A DNA stretch of 64,000 bases from Chiloscyllium plagiosum. Lineage: Eukaryota. The stretch covers positions 45,688,658 through 45,752,657 of the forward strand of contig NC_057719.1 of the NCBI RefSeq assembly GCF_004010195.1. Reading direction: 5' to 3'. Numbering within the stretch: the stretch's first letter is position 1; the number at the start of each line of letters is the position of its first letter. The notes below the pieces were generated by a model. The model worked only from the letters and a program-made list of their open reading frames with translations, was not told the origin of the DNA and made no database searches. Below, in pieces: positions 1-12,376 of the stretch. Made by a program: the position numbers and the translations under genes.

Positions 1-517
1 TGGACTTTATATTGTGGTTAATTCCTTAATAACATTCAAGTTCTTACCCTTTTCATTAATTGCTAATGGATGCCCATCCATTGCATGCCAAGTATTCTCT
101 CCTAAATTACATTATCCATTTACGGGCATATTCCTACACAGTTTAGAGCCATCAACATATTTCCATATTTATCCTTACAAGAAGCCTGAGCAACAGAAGC
201 TCAGAATAGACCTCTGAGAAAGTTCATTAATGATGGGTTTGTGACATCAGCTTTTCCTCTTATTGATCATTCCATTGCTTAGGCAATTCCCAATGCAGTA
301 TATAATTTATCATTCGTTCCATGACCCTAATCTTCAACAGTCTCATTGAGCTTTCCCAAATACCTTGCTAAATCCAATATATATTCTAAACATTCAATGA
401 TATTGTTATATTGTGATGATATAATGGCTTTGAAAGGTGCATTTCTCCTGTTCTTTTTTATGAAGAAAGGTTGAGAGAGGAGCACCGATCAGTCTACTCA
501 GAGCCAATAAACAATAC

Positions 518-1962
518 AGTCATAGAGGTGTACAGCATGGAAACAGACCCTTCGGTCCAACTCGTCCATGCTGACCAGATATCCAAACCCAATCTATTCC
601 CACCTGCCAGCACCTGGCCCATATCCCTCCAAACCCTTCCTATTCATATACCCACCCAGATGCCTTTTAAATGTTGCAATTGTCCCAAGCCTACAGCACT
701 TCCTTTGGCAGCTCATTCCATACACGTATCACCCTCTGTGTGAAAAACTTGCCCCTTAGGTCTCTATTATATCTTTCCCCTCTCACCCTAAACCTATGCC
801 CTCTAGTTCTGGACTCCCCCACCCCAGAGAAAAGACTTTGTCTATTTATCCTATCCAAGCCATTCATGATTTTATAAACCTCTATAAGGTCATCCCTCAG
901 CCTCCGACACTCCAGGGAAAACAGCACTAGCCTATTCAATCTCTCCCTGTAGCTCAAATCCTCCAACACTGGCAACATTCTTGTAATTTTTTTCTGAACT
1001 CTTTCAAGTTTCACAATATCCTTCCAATATGAAGGAGACCAGAATTGCACTCAATATTCCAACAGTGGCCTAACCAATGTCCTGTACAACCGCAACATGA
1101 CCTCCCAACTCCTGTACTCAATACTCTGACCAATAAAGGAAAGCATACCAAACACCTTCTTCACTATCCTATCTACCTGCGGCTCTACTTTCAAGGAGCT
1201 ATGAACCTGCACTCCAAGGTCTTTTTGTTCAGCAACACTCCCTAGGACCTTACCATTAAGTGTATAAGTCTTGCTAAGATTTGCTTTCCCAAAATGCAGT
1301 ACCTCACATTTATCTAAATTAAACTCCATCTGCCACTTCTCAGCCCATTGGCCCATCTGATAAAGATTCGGAGGTAACCTTCTTCGCTGCCCACTACACC
1401 TGCAATTTTGGTGTCATCTGCAAACTTACTAACTATACCTCTTATGCCCACATTCAAATCATTTATATAAATGATGAAAAGTAGTGGACCCAGTACCAAT
1501 CCTTGTGGCACTCCACTGGTCACAGGCCTCCAATCTGAAAAACAACCCTCCACCACCAACCACTGCCTTTTACCTTTGAGCCAGTTCTGTATCCAAATGG
1601 CTAGTTCTCCCTGTATTCAATGAGATCTAAGCTGGAAATGTGTTGCTGGAAAAGCGCAGCAGGTCAGGCAGCATCCAGGGAACAGGAGAATCGACGTTCC
1701 GGGCATAAGCCCTTATTCACGAACGTCGATTCTCCTGTTCCCTGGATGCTGCCTGACCTGCTGCGCTTTTCCAGAAACACATTTCCAGCTCTGATCTCCA
1801 GCATCTGCAGACCTCACTTTCCCTTCAATGAGATCTAACCTTGCTAACCAGTCTCCCATGGGGAACCGTGTCAAAAGCTTTACTGAAGTCCGTATAGATC
1901 ACATCTACCACTCTGCCCTCATCAATCCTCTTGGTTACTTCTTCAAAAAAACTCAATCAAGT
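518..1962 (-). mobile_element. 5'-truncated CR1-type LINE (RT C-terminal part and 3' UTR), decayed
   Basis: Frameshifted ORF pieces with [28 protein letters not shown] and QFWSP. 3' tail (reverse complement of agtcatagag) at about 518. Closely similar to the CR1 copies at 11200-12376 and 49700-51021. Confidence 0.93.
1631..1823. mobile_element. Fold-back non-autonomous PLE pseudo-LTR insertion (family A)
   Basis: 69-bp inverted arms 1631-1699 and 1721-1789 (1 mismatch), plus a one-sided tail of about 34 nt. 15-bp TSD TTCAATGAGATCTAA at 1616-1630 and 1824-1838. Sequence matches the terminal repeat of the GIY-YIG element at 42319-44204. Confidence 0.85.
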
Positions 1963-2452
1963 TTGGGTCTTTTTAAAATTTGGAACAGTAGAAGCAGCCT
2001 GAGAGTGTGGGGTCAATCTCCCACTTAACCAGAATTTTTAATTTTGGGTTTCAGTAGCAGTTCATGGGATGTTACTATATCGGACCAGTTACTGTTTAGT
2101 AGTTAAATAATCTATTATTCTTTAAAGTTTTCCAATACAGTAAAGTTATTTCAATTTTTTTTGTTGTCTTTTATTTATAGTGTATGAATAAAGTGTGTTT
2201 TGTTTCAAGATTGGTAGTTTAAGCAATCAAATTGCTTCTGGAAAACTAAATCTTACATTTGCCTTTAAAATAAGAAAAAGTTAGGGTCTAGACTATTTTC
2301 TAAAATATTTTGAGGGGGTTTGGTCTGATCCATAACAATATCCATAAATACTTTTCTTACTGTTTCTAAATCAATGTTCACTACTTATGATTGGTGTCAT
2401 CTTTATACAAACACTGATACCAGCATTTAAACCCAGTATGTACAAGCTCAAT

Positions 2453-2800
2453 GAGCTCTTGTGGCACAGTGATAGTGTCCCTGTCTCTGAGACAGAAGGC
2501 TCGAGTTCACATCCCACTCATTCCAGAGGGGTCTCATACCATCTCTAAATAGGTTGACTAAAAACACCTATGACGCACAGTAGCTACTGTTCATACATTC
2601 ACACAGTCCGCACTAATCTACATTGACTCTTGGTTTGTCAACACCGTTGAGGCTTTTGACTACAGTCATCTTTGTATGAGCATTGAAACCACTATTTAAA
2701 CCTAGTACATACAAAAACTGGAGGGCTCTTGTGGTAGCATCTCTACCTCTGAGCCAGAAGGCCCAGGTACAAGTTCCACCTCCTCTAGAGACGTGTTATA
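2453..2800 (+). mobile_element. Two degenerate tRNA-derived SINE heads (about 2453-2560 and 2722-2800)
   Basis: A-box-like gtggcacagtg and B-box-like gagttcacatccc / ggtacaagttcc. Related copies at about 51133-51200 and 62161-62200. Confidence 0.4.
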
Positions 2801-4422
2801 GCTTGAAATAGATGTGGTTAATTAGAAATTAGAAAATGTTTATACAAATATTGAGCGGGATTTTCATTTTATAGCTAGGTAATTCAATTCGGAATATTTC
2901 TCGGCTCAGCACACTCACCTCAGGAAAAAATGTCAAAGAGCATGCTTTCATTCTATGGGTAGGGGACTAAGGCAGAATAGAGTCCTGCCCTTGCAGGATA
3001 CAAATTAAAATCAACCACTGGGGCTGCCAAAATCTAGTTTAAAAACCCACCCCAGTTCTCTGGGACTTGGCCCCATTTATTTCATTAAATATCAGGCTCT
3101 CTCGCTCCTACTCATCATACCCCTCACGCACTCCTACGCCCCCTCCATACCAGCTCATGCCTCACCATTCCCAATGGCCTCATTGACTCCATTCCAACCG
3201 TGTCCTCACCCAATCTATACACCATCCTCTCCAAGTCTCACCAAACTCCCAAAGTCCACTTGTACCCTCAATGGCAACTTCGCACCTCAATGCCCATTCA
3301 TCCAACCTAAACTCCATATCGAAGCATGGGCCCTATAGTATAATAGCATATGTGGAAATGCTTAGAAATAGTCTTTGAAAAACTTGTTGTTATTACAACT
3401 CTTTAAAAATGTCAATCAACAGGCTCTTAATGTATCAATAACCGAGACTATAACTGTTCAACACTCGTTTAATCTTGTCAAATAAACATTGAACCGGAGA
3501 CAAAATAGATTACAAGCACGAAAACGTTTGTAAGTTTATCAATTAAGCAATATTTTCTCTTCCGTGCACCCATCTCAACAAACTAAATGCAAGTATGGGC
3601 TGTCAGTTAAGTCTCAATGTGCACGTGTAAGACCTTTAAAGTTATCTTTCAAAGGTTCTTGCATCTAGTCTATGGTCCACAGCTTCTCAGAAACAGACTG
3701 GGCACTTTTCAGGTTTGCATATAGCAGCATTTAGCCCATTTGTAAATTTGTGCATTACACACCAAACTATAACTAGTCTACTTCAAATGACCATGCAAAA
3801 GCCAAGGTTTTCAAAAATTTGAACAGGTGTTTTATGCTGCCACAATTGAGTGAAATTTTCTATTAATACGTAGATGCAAAAGGCATTCTGCCAACCGCAG
3901 AGAATGTCAGTCCCATTGCAGTGCCATATATCACAATTACTGGCTATTCAAATTAAAAAAATGTTCTTTCAGTTGTGCATAACAGGCAGAAAACACATTG
4001 TACTCAACCAGTCCACACGCAGAAACCTAAAACAAATGGCCAACTAATAGATGAGATTCTGTGATTAAGGAACGCTTGTTAAATATTCTGGATGTTTTAC
4101 TTGCTACAATTTAAAAAAAACAAAGTAAGACAATCAAGCTCAGAATGAGGGTCATGTACAATTGCTAGAGTGACATATATTCATATGCAAGGACTTGTTC
4201 TTTGCAAAAAAAAATTTGCAAACCTTGTGTTTTTGTGAATTAACTAGAACTTGAGGAATGTACATAGTTCCTTTGCTATCCCCCAGGAATGCCACCGCCA
4301 AATAGGTTTGATTTGTCAACTAATCAGCGCCTCCTTTTTCCTGGCGTGCAAGGTATTGCAATCATTTATAAAGTTAAAAATTACACAACACCAGGTTATA
4401 GTCCAACAGGTTTATTTGGAAG

Positions 4423-4457
4423 CACTAGCTTTCAGAGTTCTGCTCCTTCATCAGGTG
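4423..4457 (-). ncRNA. Minimal type I hammerhead ribozyme motif (family C), within a 4371-4460 repeat
   Basis: Minus strand CAC-CTGATGA-A-GGAG CAGAA CTCT-GAAA-GCTA-GTG. Stem I is CAC/GTG, helix III is the palindrome AGCT, and the cleavage triplet is CUA. The same repeat recurs as an inverted pair at 48561-48750. Confidence 0.7.
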
Positions 4458-5603
4458 GTTCCAAGTCAATCATTTATAAGATTGCATTCTAGTGTTAATC
4501 TTAGCGAGTCAAGACGAGCAGCTCTCTCTTCAGCAATGTTCAAGTACTGACCCGTCAAATAACTGTTTATTATAGTTAAAGGACAATATTTCACTGCCAA
4601 GGGACTTTTGGAGTGGTTTTACATCATGAAAGACCCAGTAATAGTCCTCCCAAGGGTTTCTCACTAAAAAGACAAACTGGAAGATATGAATTACATCAGG
4701 TCATTACAGATGATCTAAAAGCAGACGAAAAGTAAGCTAGTAAGAACTGATAAGATCATTTTCCTGGAAAAACAACAGGCTTGGGAAAAGGTTTCAGAAA
4801 TTCAACCCACAACATAACAAAGCCTACAAAAATATTGTTATATTGAACCTTTTAACACTGGATTTTGAAATGTCAAAATGTATGTAGACAAGTTCAGTGA
4901 TAAAAGCTGACATTGAAATTTCACTAAAAAAGTCATGAAAACAGAATGCTGAACCGAAAAATTCACGCATACATGAGATTTTTATATGCATTTATTAGGT
5001 ATAGATCTAATTTTAGATAATGAAGAAAATGAACCAGAAGATAGTTGGAAACATGACTGAAAAATGGACTTATCATATCAGCATTTGGAAGTATTTAAAA
5101 TGTGAAGACAGAGGTGAAGAAGTAGCAAGGCTCAAAACTGTGAAACAATGATAACTGACGGTCTCTACAAGCTGTTGTGCCAAAAGATTAAGGGAAAGTA
5201 CAAAAGGTTAGAGAATTCGAAAACTTGGCCTGAGATAAACGGCTGAGGAAGACTTAAATACATTATGAAACAAAGGTTTTTTTTATTAACTTTTACGACA
5301 TAGATGTCACTGGCTGGCTAGCATTTATTACCCATCCCCAATTGCCTTTGAGAAGGTGGTGGAGAGCTGTCTTCTTGAAATATTGCAGTCCATGGGCTGT
5401 AGGTTGATCCACAATGCCCTTAGGAAGGAAATTCCAAGATTTTGACTCAGCGACAGTGAAGGAACAGTGATATACTTCCAAACCAGGACAATGAGTGATT
5501 TAGAAGGGGACTTGCAGGTGGTATCTTCTAGTTGGAAGTAGCCATGTATTTAGAAGATGTAAGGATCTTTAGTGAATTTCTGCAGTACTACCTGTAGCTA
5601 GTA

Positions 5604-5779
5604 CAAGTAATTCTGGTACAATGTGATGGTTGCGTTCCTGTGCAACATTATAGGAAATCACACTGTAGATGATCGCTACAGAAAATTGCTATACCCATTC
5701 AGTAGAAAGTTCACGTCATTCATCAATCGCGTAATAGCCAATTCACGTAGATGAAACACACACTATACAGAAATGCCTG
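5604..5779. mobile_element. Probable TA-targeted MITE (Tc1/mariner-Tigger-like)
   Basis: Imperfect TIRs caagtaattctg...cagaaatgcctg. Interrupts the LINE at a TA site. Confidence 0.4.
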
Positions 5780-6220
5780 CATACACTGTTGCTACGGGGT
5801 GTCAGTGGTGGAGGAAGTGGACGCTTGTGGATGTTGTACCAATCAAGCAGACTGCTATATCCTGGATGGTGTCAAGCTTCTCGGGTGTCGTTGGAGCTGT
5901 ACCAATTCAGGCAAATGACTTATACTCCTGACTTGTACCTTGTAGATAGTGGACAGCCTTTGGATAATCAGGAGGTGACTTTCTTGCCGCTGTATTCCTA
6001 GCCTCTGGTCTGCTCTTGTAGTCACTGTATTGATATGGTGACTCCAGTTGAGTTTCCAATCAATGGTGACCCCCAGGATTTTGATCATGGGGGATTCATT
6101 GGTGGTAAAACCATTCAATGTCAAGGGACAGCGGTTACATTCTCTCTTGTTAGAGATGGTCATTGCTTGGCACTTGTGTGCCATGAATGTTACTTGCCAC
6201 TTATCAGCCTAAGCCTGGAT

Positions 6221-6361
6221 TGAAATAACTCATCAGTCATCAAGTCACCCTTTATTTACATCTGGATGGTCCTTGACACTGATCCAACTTCTTCATTAAG
6301 ATTAAGAGCCCCAATCAGGGAATTCATTTTCTGTGAGATCCACCTGTCTCAAGTCGTTACA
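6221..6361 (-). mobile_element. Short solo LTR (internally deleted)
   Basis: TG...CA termini and 5-bp TSD TGGAT at 6216-6220 and 6362-6366. AATAAA on the minus strand. Homologous to 58207-58433. Confidence 0.75.
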
Positions 6362-6928
6362 TGGATATTGCCCAGATCTTGTTGCATTTGAACATGGACT
6401 GTTTCAGTATCTGAGGAATCGTGAAAGGTATCATTGGTGGATCTCCCTACTTCTGACCTTATGATGGAGGGAAGGTTATTAATGAAACAGCTGAAGACGG
6501 TTGGGCCAAGGACACTACCCTGAAGAACTCTTGTAGAGATGTCCTGGAGCTGATATGACTGACCTCCAACAATCAGAATCATCTTCCTATGTGCCAGGTA
6601 TGAGTCCAAGCAGTGAAGAGTTTGTCTCTGATTCTCACTGACTTAAGTTTGCTAGAGCTTCTTGACGCTACGCTTAGTTGAGTGCAGCTTTGATGTCAAG
6701 GGCTGTCACTCTCAGCCCACCTCTGGAATTCAGCTCTTTTGTCTGTGTTTGACCAAGGCTGTAATAAGGTCATGAGTTGAGTGGCCCTGGCAGAACCCAA
6801 ACTGAGCGTCACTGAGCAGACAATTGCTGAGCAGGTGTTGCTTGATAGCACTATTGACAACACCTGCCATCACTTTACTGATGATCAAGAATAGAGTGAT
6901 GGGGCAATAAGTGGCTTGGTTGGATTTC

Positions 6929-7206
6929 ATAGAATCCCTATATTGCAGGAACAGACCATTCAGCCCATCCAGTCAGCACCAACTATCGAACAGCATTCCA
7001 TCCATACCCAGCATCTCAGTCATCCTGTAACCCCACATTTAGCATAGCCAATCCACCTAGCCTGCACATCTTTGGACCGTGGGAGGAAACTATAGCACCC
7101 AACAGCAACCTAAACAGACACGGGGAGAATGTGCAAACTCCACACAGTCACCCAAGGTTGGAAACAAACCTGGATCCTTGGCACTGTGATGCAGCAGTGT
7201 TAACTA
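6929..7206 (-). mobile_element. HE1-like shark V-SINE, degenerate
   Basis: Similar to the intact SINE at 28322-28640 (ttggaccgtgggaggaaac, agacacggggagaatgtgcaaactc, tRNA-like head). Confidence 0.8.
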
Positions 7207-7797
7207 CATCATTTGTCCTGCTTTGTGTACAGGATACAACTGGGCAGTTTTCCACATCGTTGGGTAGATGCCAATGTTCTAACTGTACTGAAACAGCTTG
7301 GCTAGGGGAGCAGCAAATTCTGGAGCACATGTCTTCACTACTATTGCTGGAATTTTGTCAGGGTCCACAGCCTTTGCAGTATCCAGTGTCTCCAAACATT
7401 TCTTGACATCACATGGAGTAAATCAAATTGGCTGAAGACTGGAATCTGCAATGCTGGGGATCACGGGAAGAGACTGCACCTCTGGCAAAGACTGCTGCAG
7501 CCTTATGTTTTGCACTGATGTGCTGCGCTCCCCCATCATTGAGGGGATATTTATGGAGCCCAGTGAGTTTAATTGTTCACCACCATTCACAACTTGATAT
7601 GGCACGACTGCACAGCTTAGATCTGATCCACTTGTTGTGTGATCGCTTAGCTCAGTCGATCACATCCTATTGTTAAGCATGCAAGTAGTCCTGATGGGCA
7701 AGTTCACCATGTTGACACATCATTTTCAGGTATGCCTGGTGCTGCTCCTGGCAGACACCCCTGCACTCTTCACTGAACCAGGGTCAACCCCCTGGCT

Positions 7798-8279
7798 AAA
7801 CAAAAGAAAATCAAAGGACTGCAGATGCTGGAAATCTGAAACAATAACAGAAATTGTTGGAAAAACTCAGCAGGTCTGGCAGCATCTGTGGAGAGGAACC
7901 AAGTTAACATTGTGGATGTCAATATTGAGTTCAATAATTTTAGGGCCTGAGCATCTTCTCACATATCCTTACCTTAAACCACACAAACTTGGTGTCTTGT
8001 CACATGGGGTGCTACCATGACCATCCCATTGTCAGCTACTAATAGTCCCAATTAGACCCCATTTCTTTGTCTGCCCAACTGTTTTTCTCTCTTTCTCAGC
8101 TCCTCCTCCACCTATTGTTTACTCCTCCTCTGTTCCCCTAGCCCATCTACAGCAGATAAACCAACCTCTTCCTAGCTACAATCAGTTTTAAAGAAGGGTC
8201 ACTGGATCCAAAATGTCAACTCTGATTTCTCTTCACAGATGCTGCCAGACCTGCTGACTTTTCCAAGCAATTTCTGTTT
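7798..8279. mobile_element. Inverted-repeat PLE pseudo-LTR insertion (family D) with decayed hammerhead
   Basis: Arms at about 7845-7915 and 8205-8279 are reverse complements. Decayed core agttTTAAAGA-A-GGGTC ACTG GATCC-AAAA-TGTC-aact at about 8184-8221. Degenerate TSD cccctggct / ccactggct. Confidence 0.6.
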
Positions 8280-8659
8280 TGATCCACTGGCTTGATGATA
8301 ATGGTTGAGGGGGGAATGCCGAGCCATTAGGTTGCAGATTGTACTAAAGTACAATTCTGCTGTGACTTGACCCACATCACCTCATGGATGCCCAGACCTG
8401 AGTTACTAGATCTATTTGAAGGCTGTCTCATTTAGCACAGTGGTAGTGCCACACATCATGATGGGCAGTATTCTCAATGTGAAGGCAGAACTGCGTCGCC
8501 ACAAAGACTGTACAGTGGTCATTCTTACCAATACTGTCATGGCCAGACATGTGCGACAGATATACTGGTGAAGACGAGTTCAAGTAGAAATTTCCCTCGT
8601 GTTGGTTCCCTCACTCTCTGCTGCAGATCCAGTCTGTAAGTTATGCCCTTTAGGATATG

Positions 8660-11600
8660 TCTCTTGATTAAACTTAAAATAAAAGCCATAACTATTAATT
8701 TAACCTGGGGCAGTATTTTGTAGAGGAATAAGATGGTGTTACTGTCTGGGTCTGTAGATTGTGAAGGAGCAAAAATGGCCTTTAGTAGACTGATATGCGC
8801 TTCTTGTCAGATGTGGGAGTTTAAAGAGAGGTTAAGGGTTACTGCGGATTATATCTGCAATAAATGCTGTTGGTTGCGAATCCTATCAGATCGAATGGAT
8901 CGGTTGGAGAGACAGTTAGAGGCAAGGACAAATTTGCAACAGCTACAGTATGTGATGGATGGCAGTTATAGGAAGGGGGAACAAAATCGCAGATTGAGTC
9001 ACATAGATGGGTTAACTCCAGGAAAGGTAAGAGAGGTAGGCAGCTCGTGCAGGAGTCTTTTGTGGCTACCCCCATTTCAAACAAGTATGCTGTTTTGGAA
9101 AATGTAGGGCGTGATTGATTCTCAGGGGAATGTAGCATGAACAGCCAAGTTTCTGGTATTGAGACTGGCTCTAATATAATGAGAGGTACGTCAGGTTCCA
9201 TTCGATTGATTGTGCTAGGGGACTCTCTAGTCCGAGGTACAGACAGACATTTCTGTGGCCAGCAGCGAAAAATCAGAATCGTGTGTTGCTTCCCTGGTGC
9301 CAGGATCAAGGAAGTCTCAGAGAAGGTGTAGAATGTTCTCACAGGGGAGAGGGGCTAGCAAGAGGTCATTGTCCACATTGGAACTAACGGCATAGGAAGG
9401 GAAAAGGTTGAGATTCTGAAGGGAGATTACAGAGAATTAGGCAGGAATTTAAAAAGGAGGTCCTTGAGAGTAGTAATATATGGATTACTCCTAGTGCTAC
9501 AAACTAGTGAGGGCAGGAATAGGAGAATAGAGCAGATGAATGCATGGCTGAGGAGCTGGTGTATGGAAGAAGGATTCACATTTTTGGATCATTGAAATCT
9601 CTTTTGGGGTAGAAGTGACCTGTACAAGAAGGACAGTTTGCACCTAAATTGGAAGGGGACGAATGTACTGGCAGGGAGATTTGCTAGAACTGATCGGGAA
9701 GATTAAACTAGTAAGATGGGGGGTGCAACCCAGGGAGATAGTGAGGAAAGAGATCAATCTGAGACTGGTACAGTTGAGAACAGAAGCAAGTCAAACAGTC
9801 AGGGCAGGCAGGGACAAGATAGGACTAATAAATTAAACTGCATTTATTTCAATGCAAGGGGCCTAACAGGCAAGGCAGATGAACTCAGGGCATGGTGAAG
9901 AACTTGGGACTAGGATATCATAGCAATTACCGAAACATGGCTCAGGGATGGGCAGGACTGGCAGCTTAATGTTCCAGAATACAAGTGCTACAGGAAGGAT
10001 AGAAAGGGAGGCAAGAGAGGAGGGGGAGTGGCATTTTTGATAAGGGATAGCATTACAGCTGTGCTGAGGGAGGATAGTCCCAGAAGTACATCAAGTGAAG
10101 TTATTTGGGTGGAACTGAGAATAAGAAAGGGATGATCACCTTATTGGGACTGTATCATAGACCCCCTAATAGTAAGAGGGAAATTGAGAAACAAACTTAA
10201 AAGGAGATCTCAGCTATCTGTAAGAATAATAGGGTGGCTTTGGTAGAGGACTTTAACTTTCCAAACATAGACTGGGACTGCCATAGTGTTAAAGGTTTAG
10301 GTGGAGAGGAATTTGTTAAGTGTGTACTAGACAATTTCCTGATTCAGTATGTGGATGTACCTACTGGAGAAGGTGCAAAACTTGACCTACTCTTGGGAAA
10401 TAAGGCAGGGTAAGTGACTGAGGTGTCAGTGAGGGAGCACTTTGGGGCCAGTGACCATAATTCTATTAGATTTAAAATAGTGATGGAAAAGGATAGACCA
10501 GATCTAAAAGTTGAAGTTCTAAATTGGAGAAAGGCCAATTTTGATGGTATTAGACAAGAACTTTCAAAAGCTGACTGGGCGCAGATGTTCGCAGGTAAAG
10601 GGAAAAAGGGAAGCCTTCAGAAATGAGATAACAAGAATCCAGAGAAAGTATATTCCTGTCAGGGTGAAAGGAAAGGCTAGTAGGTATAGGGAATGCTGGA
10701 TGACTAAAGAAATTAAGGGTTTGGTTAAGAAAAAGAAGGAGGCATATGTCAGGTATAGACAGGATAGATCGAGTGAATCCTTAGAAGAGTATAAAGGAAG
10801 TAGGAGTATACTTAAGAGGGAAAATCAGGAGGGCAAAAAGGGGACATGAGATAGCTTTAGCAAACAGAATTAAGGAGAATCCAAAGCATTTTTACAAATA
10901 CATTAAGGACAAAAGGGTTACTAGGGAGAGAATAGGGCCCCTCAAATATCAGCAAGACGGCCTTTGTGTGGAGCCGTGGAAAATGGGGGAGATACTAAAC
11001 GAGTAATTTGCATCAGTACTTACGGTGGAAAAGGATATGGAAGATATAGAATGTAGAGAAATAGATGGTGACACCTTGAAAAGTGTCCATATTATGAGAA
11101 GGAAGTGCTGGATGTCTTGAAATGCATAAAGGTAGATAAATCCCCAGGACCTGATCAGGTGTACCCTAGAACTCTGTGGGAAGATAGAGAAGTGATTTGG
11201 ACTTCAGTAAGGCGTTCGACAAGGTTCCCCATGGGAGACTGATTAGCAAGGTTAGATCTCACAGAATACAGGGAGAACTAGCCATTTGGATACAGAACTG
11301 GATCAAAGGTAGAAGACAGAGGGTGGTGGTGGGTGGTTGTTTTTATGTCTGTAGGCTTGTGACCAGTGGAGTGCCACAAGGATCGATGCTGGGTCCTCTA
11401 CTTTTTGTCATTTATATAAATAATTTGGATGTGAGCATAAGAGGTACAGTAAGTAAGTTTGCAGATGACACCAAAATTGGAGGTGTAGTGGACAGCAAAG
11501 AAGGTTACCTCAGACTACAACGGGATCTTGATCAGATGGGTCAATGGGCTGAGAAGTGGCAGATGGAGTTTAATTAGGATAAATGCAAAGTGCTGCATTT

Positions 11601-12376
11601 TGGGAAAGCAAATCTTAGCAAGACTTAGACACTTAATGGTAAGGTCCTAGGGAGTGTTGCTGAACAAAGAGACCTTGGATTGCTGGTTCATAGCTCCTTG
11701 AAAGTGGAGTCGCAGGTAGATAGGATAGTGAAGAAGGCGTTTGGTATGCTTTCCTTTATTGGTCAGTGTTGAGTACAGGAGTTGGGAGGTCATGTTGCAG
11801 CTGTAGAGGTCATTGGTTAGACCACTGTTGGAATATTGAGTGCAATTCTGGTCTCCTTCCTATCGGAAAGATGTTGTGAAACTTGTAAGAGTTCAGAAAT
11901 GTTTACAAGGATGTTGCCAGGGTTGGAGGATTTGAGCTATAAGAAGAGGCTGAACAGGCTTGGGCTGTTTTCCCTGGAGTGTCGGAGGCTGAGGGGTGAC
12001 TTTATAGAGGTTTTAAAAATTTATGCGGGGCATGGATAGAATAAATAGACAAAGTCTTTTCCCTGGGATGGGGATGTCCAGAACTAGAGGGCATAGGTTT
12101 AGGGTGAGAGGGGAAAGATATAATAGAGACCTAAGGGGCAACTTTTTCACACAGAGGGTGGTACATGTATGGAATGAGCTGCCAGAGGAATTGGTGGAGG
12201 CTTGGGACAATTGCAACATTTAAAAGGCATCTGGATGGATATATGAATAGGAAGGGTTTGGAGGGATATGGGCCGTGTGCTGGCAGGTGGGACTAGATTG
12301 GGTTGGGATATCTGGTCGGCATGAACGGGACCGAAGGGTCTGTTTCCATGCTGTACATCTCTCTGACTCTATGACT
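8660..12376 (+). mobile_element. Near full-length CR1 LINE (ORF1 zinc finger + SGNH esterase; ORF2 APE endonuclease + RT), with stops and frameshifts
   Basis: ORF1 pieces CASCQMW...YICNKC and IVLGDSLVRG...CFPGA. ORF2 pieces LNCIYFNAR, ITETW, SDHN, DFSKAFDKVPH, GVPQGSMLGP and FADDTK. 3' tail ctctgactctatgact. Internal deletion at about 11195. Confidence 0.95.

Larger units (their letters stand above)
404..2337 (+). mobile_element. Probable solo LTR (Gypsy-type), interrupted by a CR1 LINE
   Basis: Termini TGTTAT (404-409) and ATAACA (2332-2337) are a perfect 6-bp inverted pair. ATAT flanks both sides (400-403, 2338-2341). AATAAA lies near 2188. Confidence 0.55.
5285..8655 (-). mobile_element. 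Old CR1-group LINE (ORF2 RT to 3' end), decayed, hosting several younger insertions
   Basis: ORF pieces ISKVM...DAQFGF, LQGSVLGP and ILGVTIDWKLNW. Endonuclease remnant resumes at about 12377-12625 (GDVNVH-like) beyond the inserted CR1. The same 3' end recurs at about 36995-37335. Confidence 0.8.

Noticed and set aside
1631..1789. miRNA precursor or TIR MITE interpretation of the hairpins
   Set aside because: Long TSDs, a one-sided tail, variable junctions and identity to a PLE pseudo-LTR fit retrotransposition better. Small-RNA production cannot be judged from sequence.
1620..1838. Recurrent small ORFs of the type MCCWKSAAGQAAS... (also 48942-49309) as a peptide family or toxin-antitoxin-like pair
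   Set aside because: They arise from translating the same palindromic repeat on both strands. There is no coding evidence.
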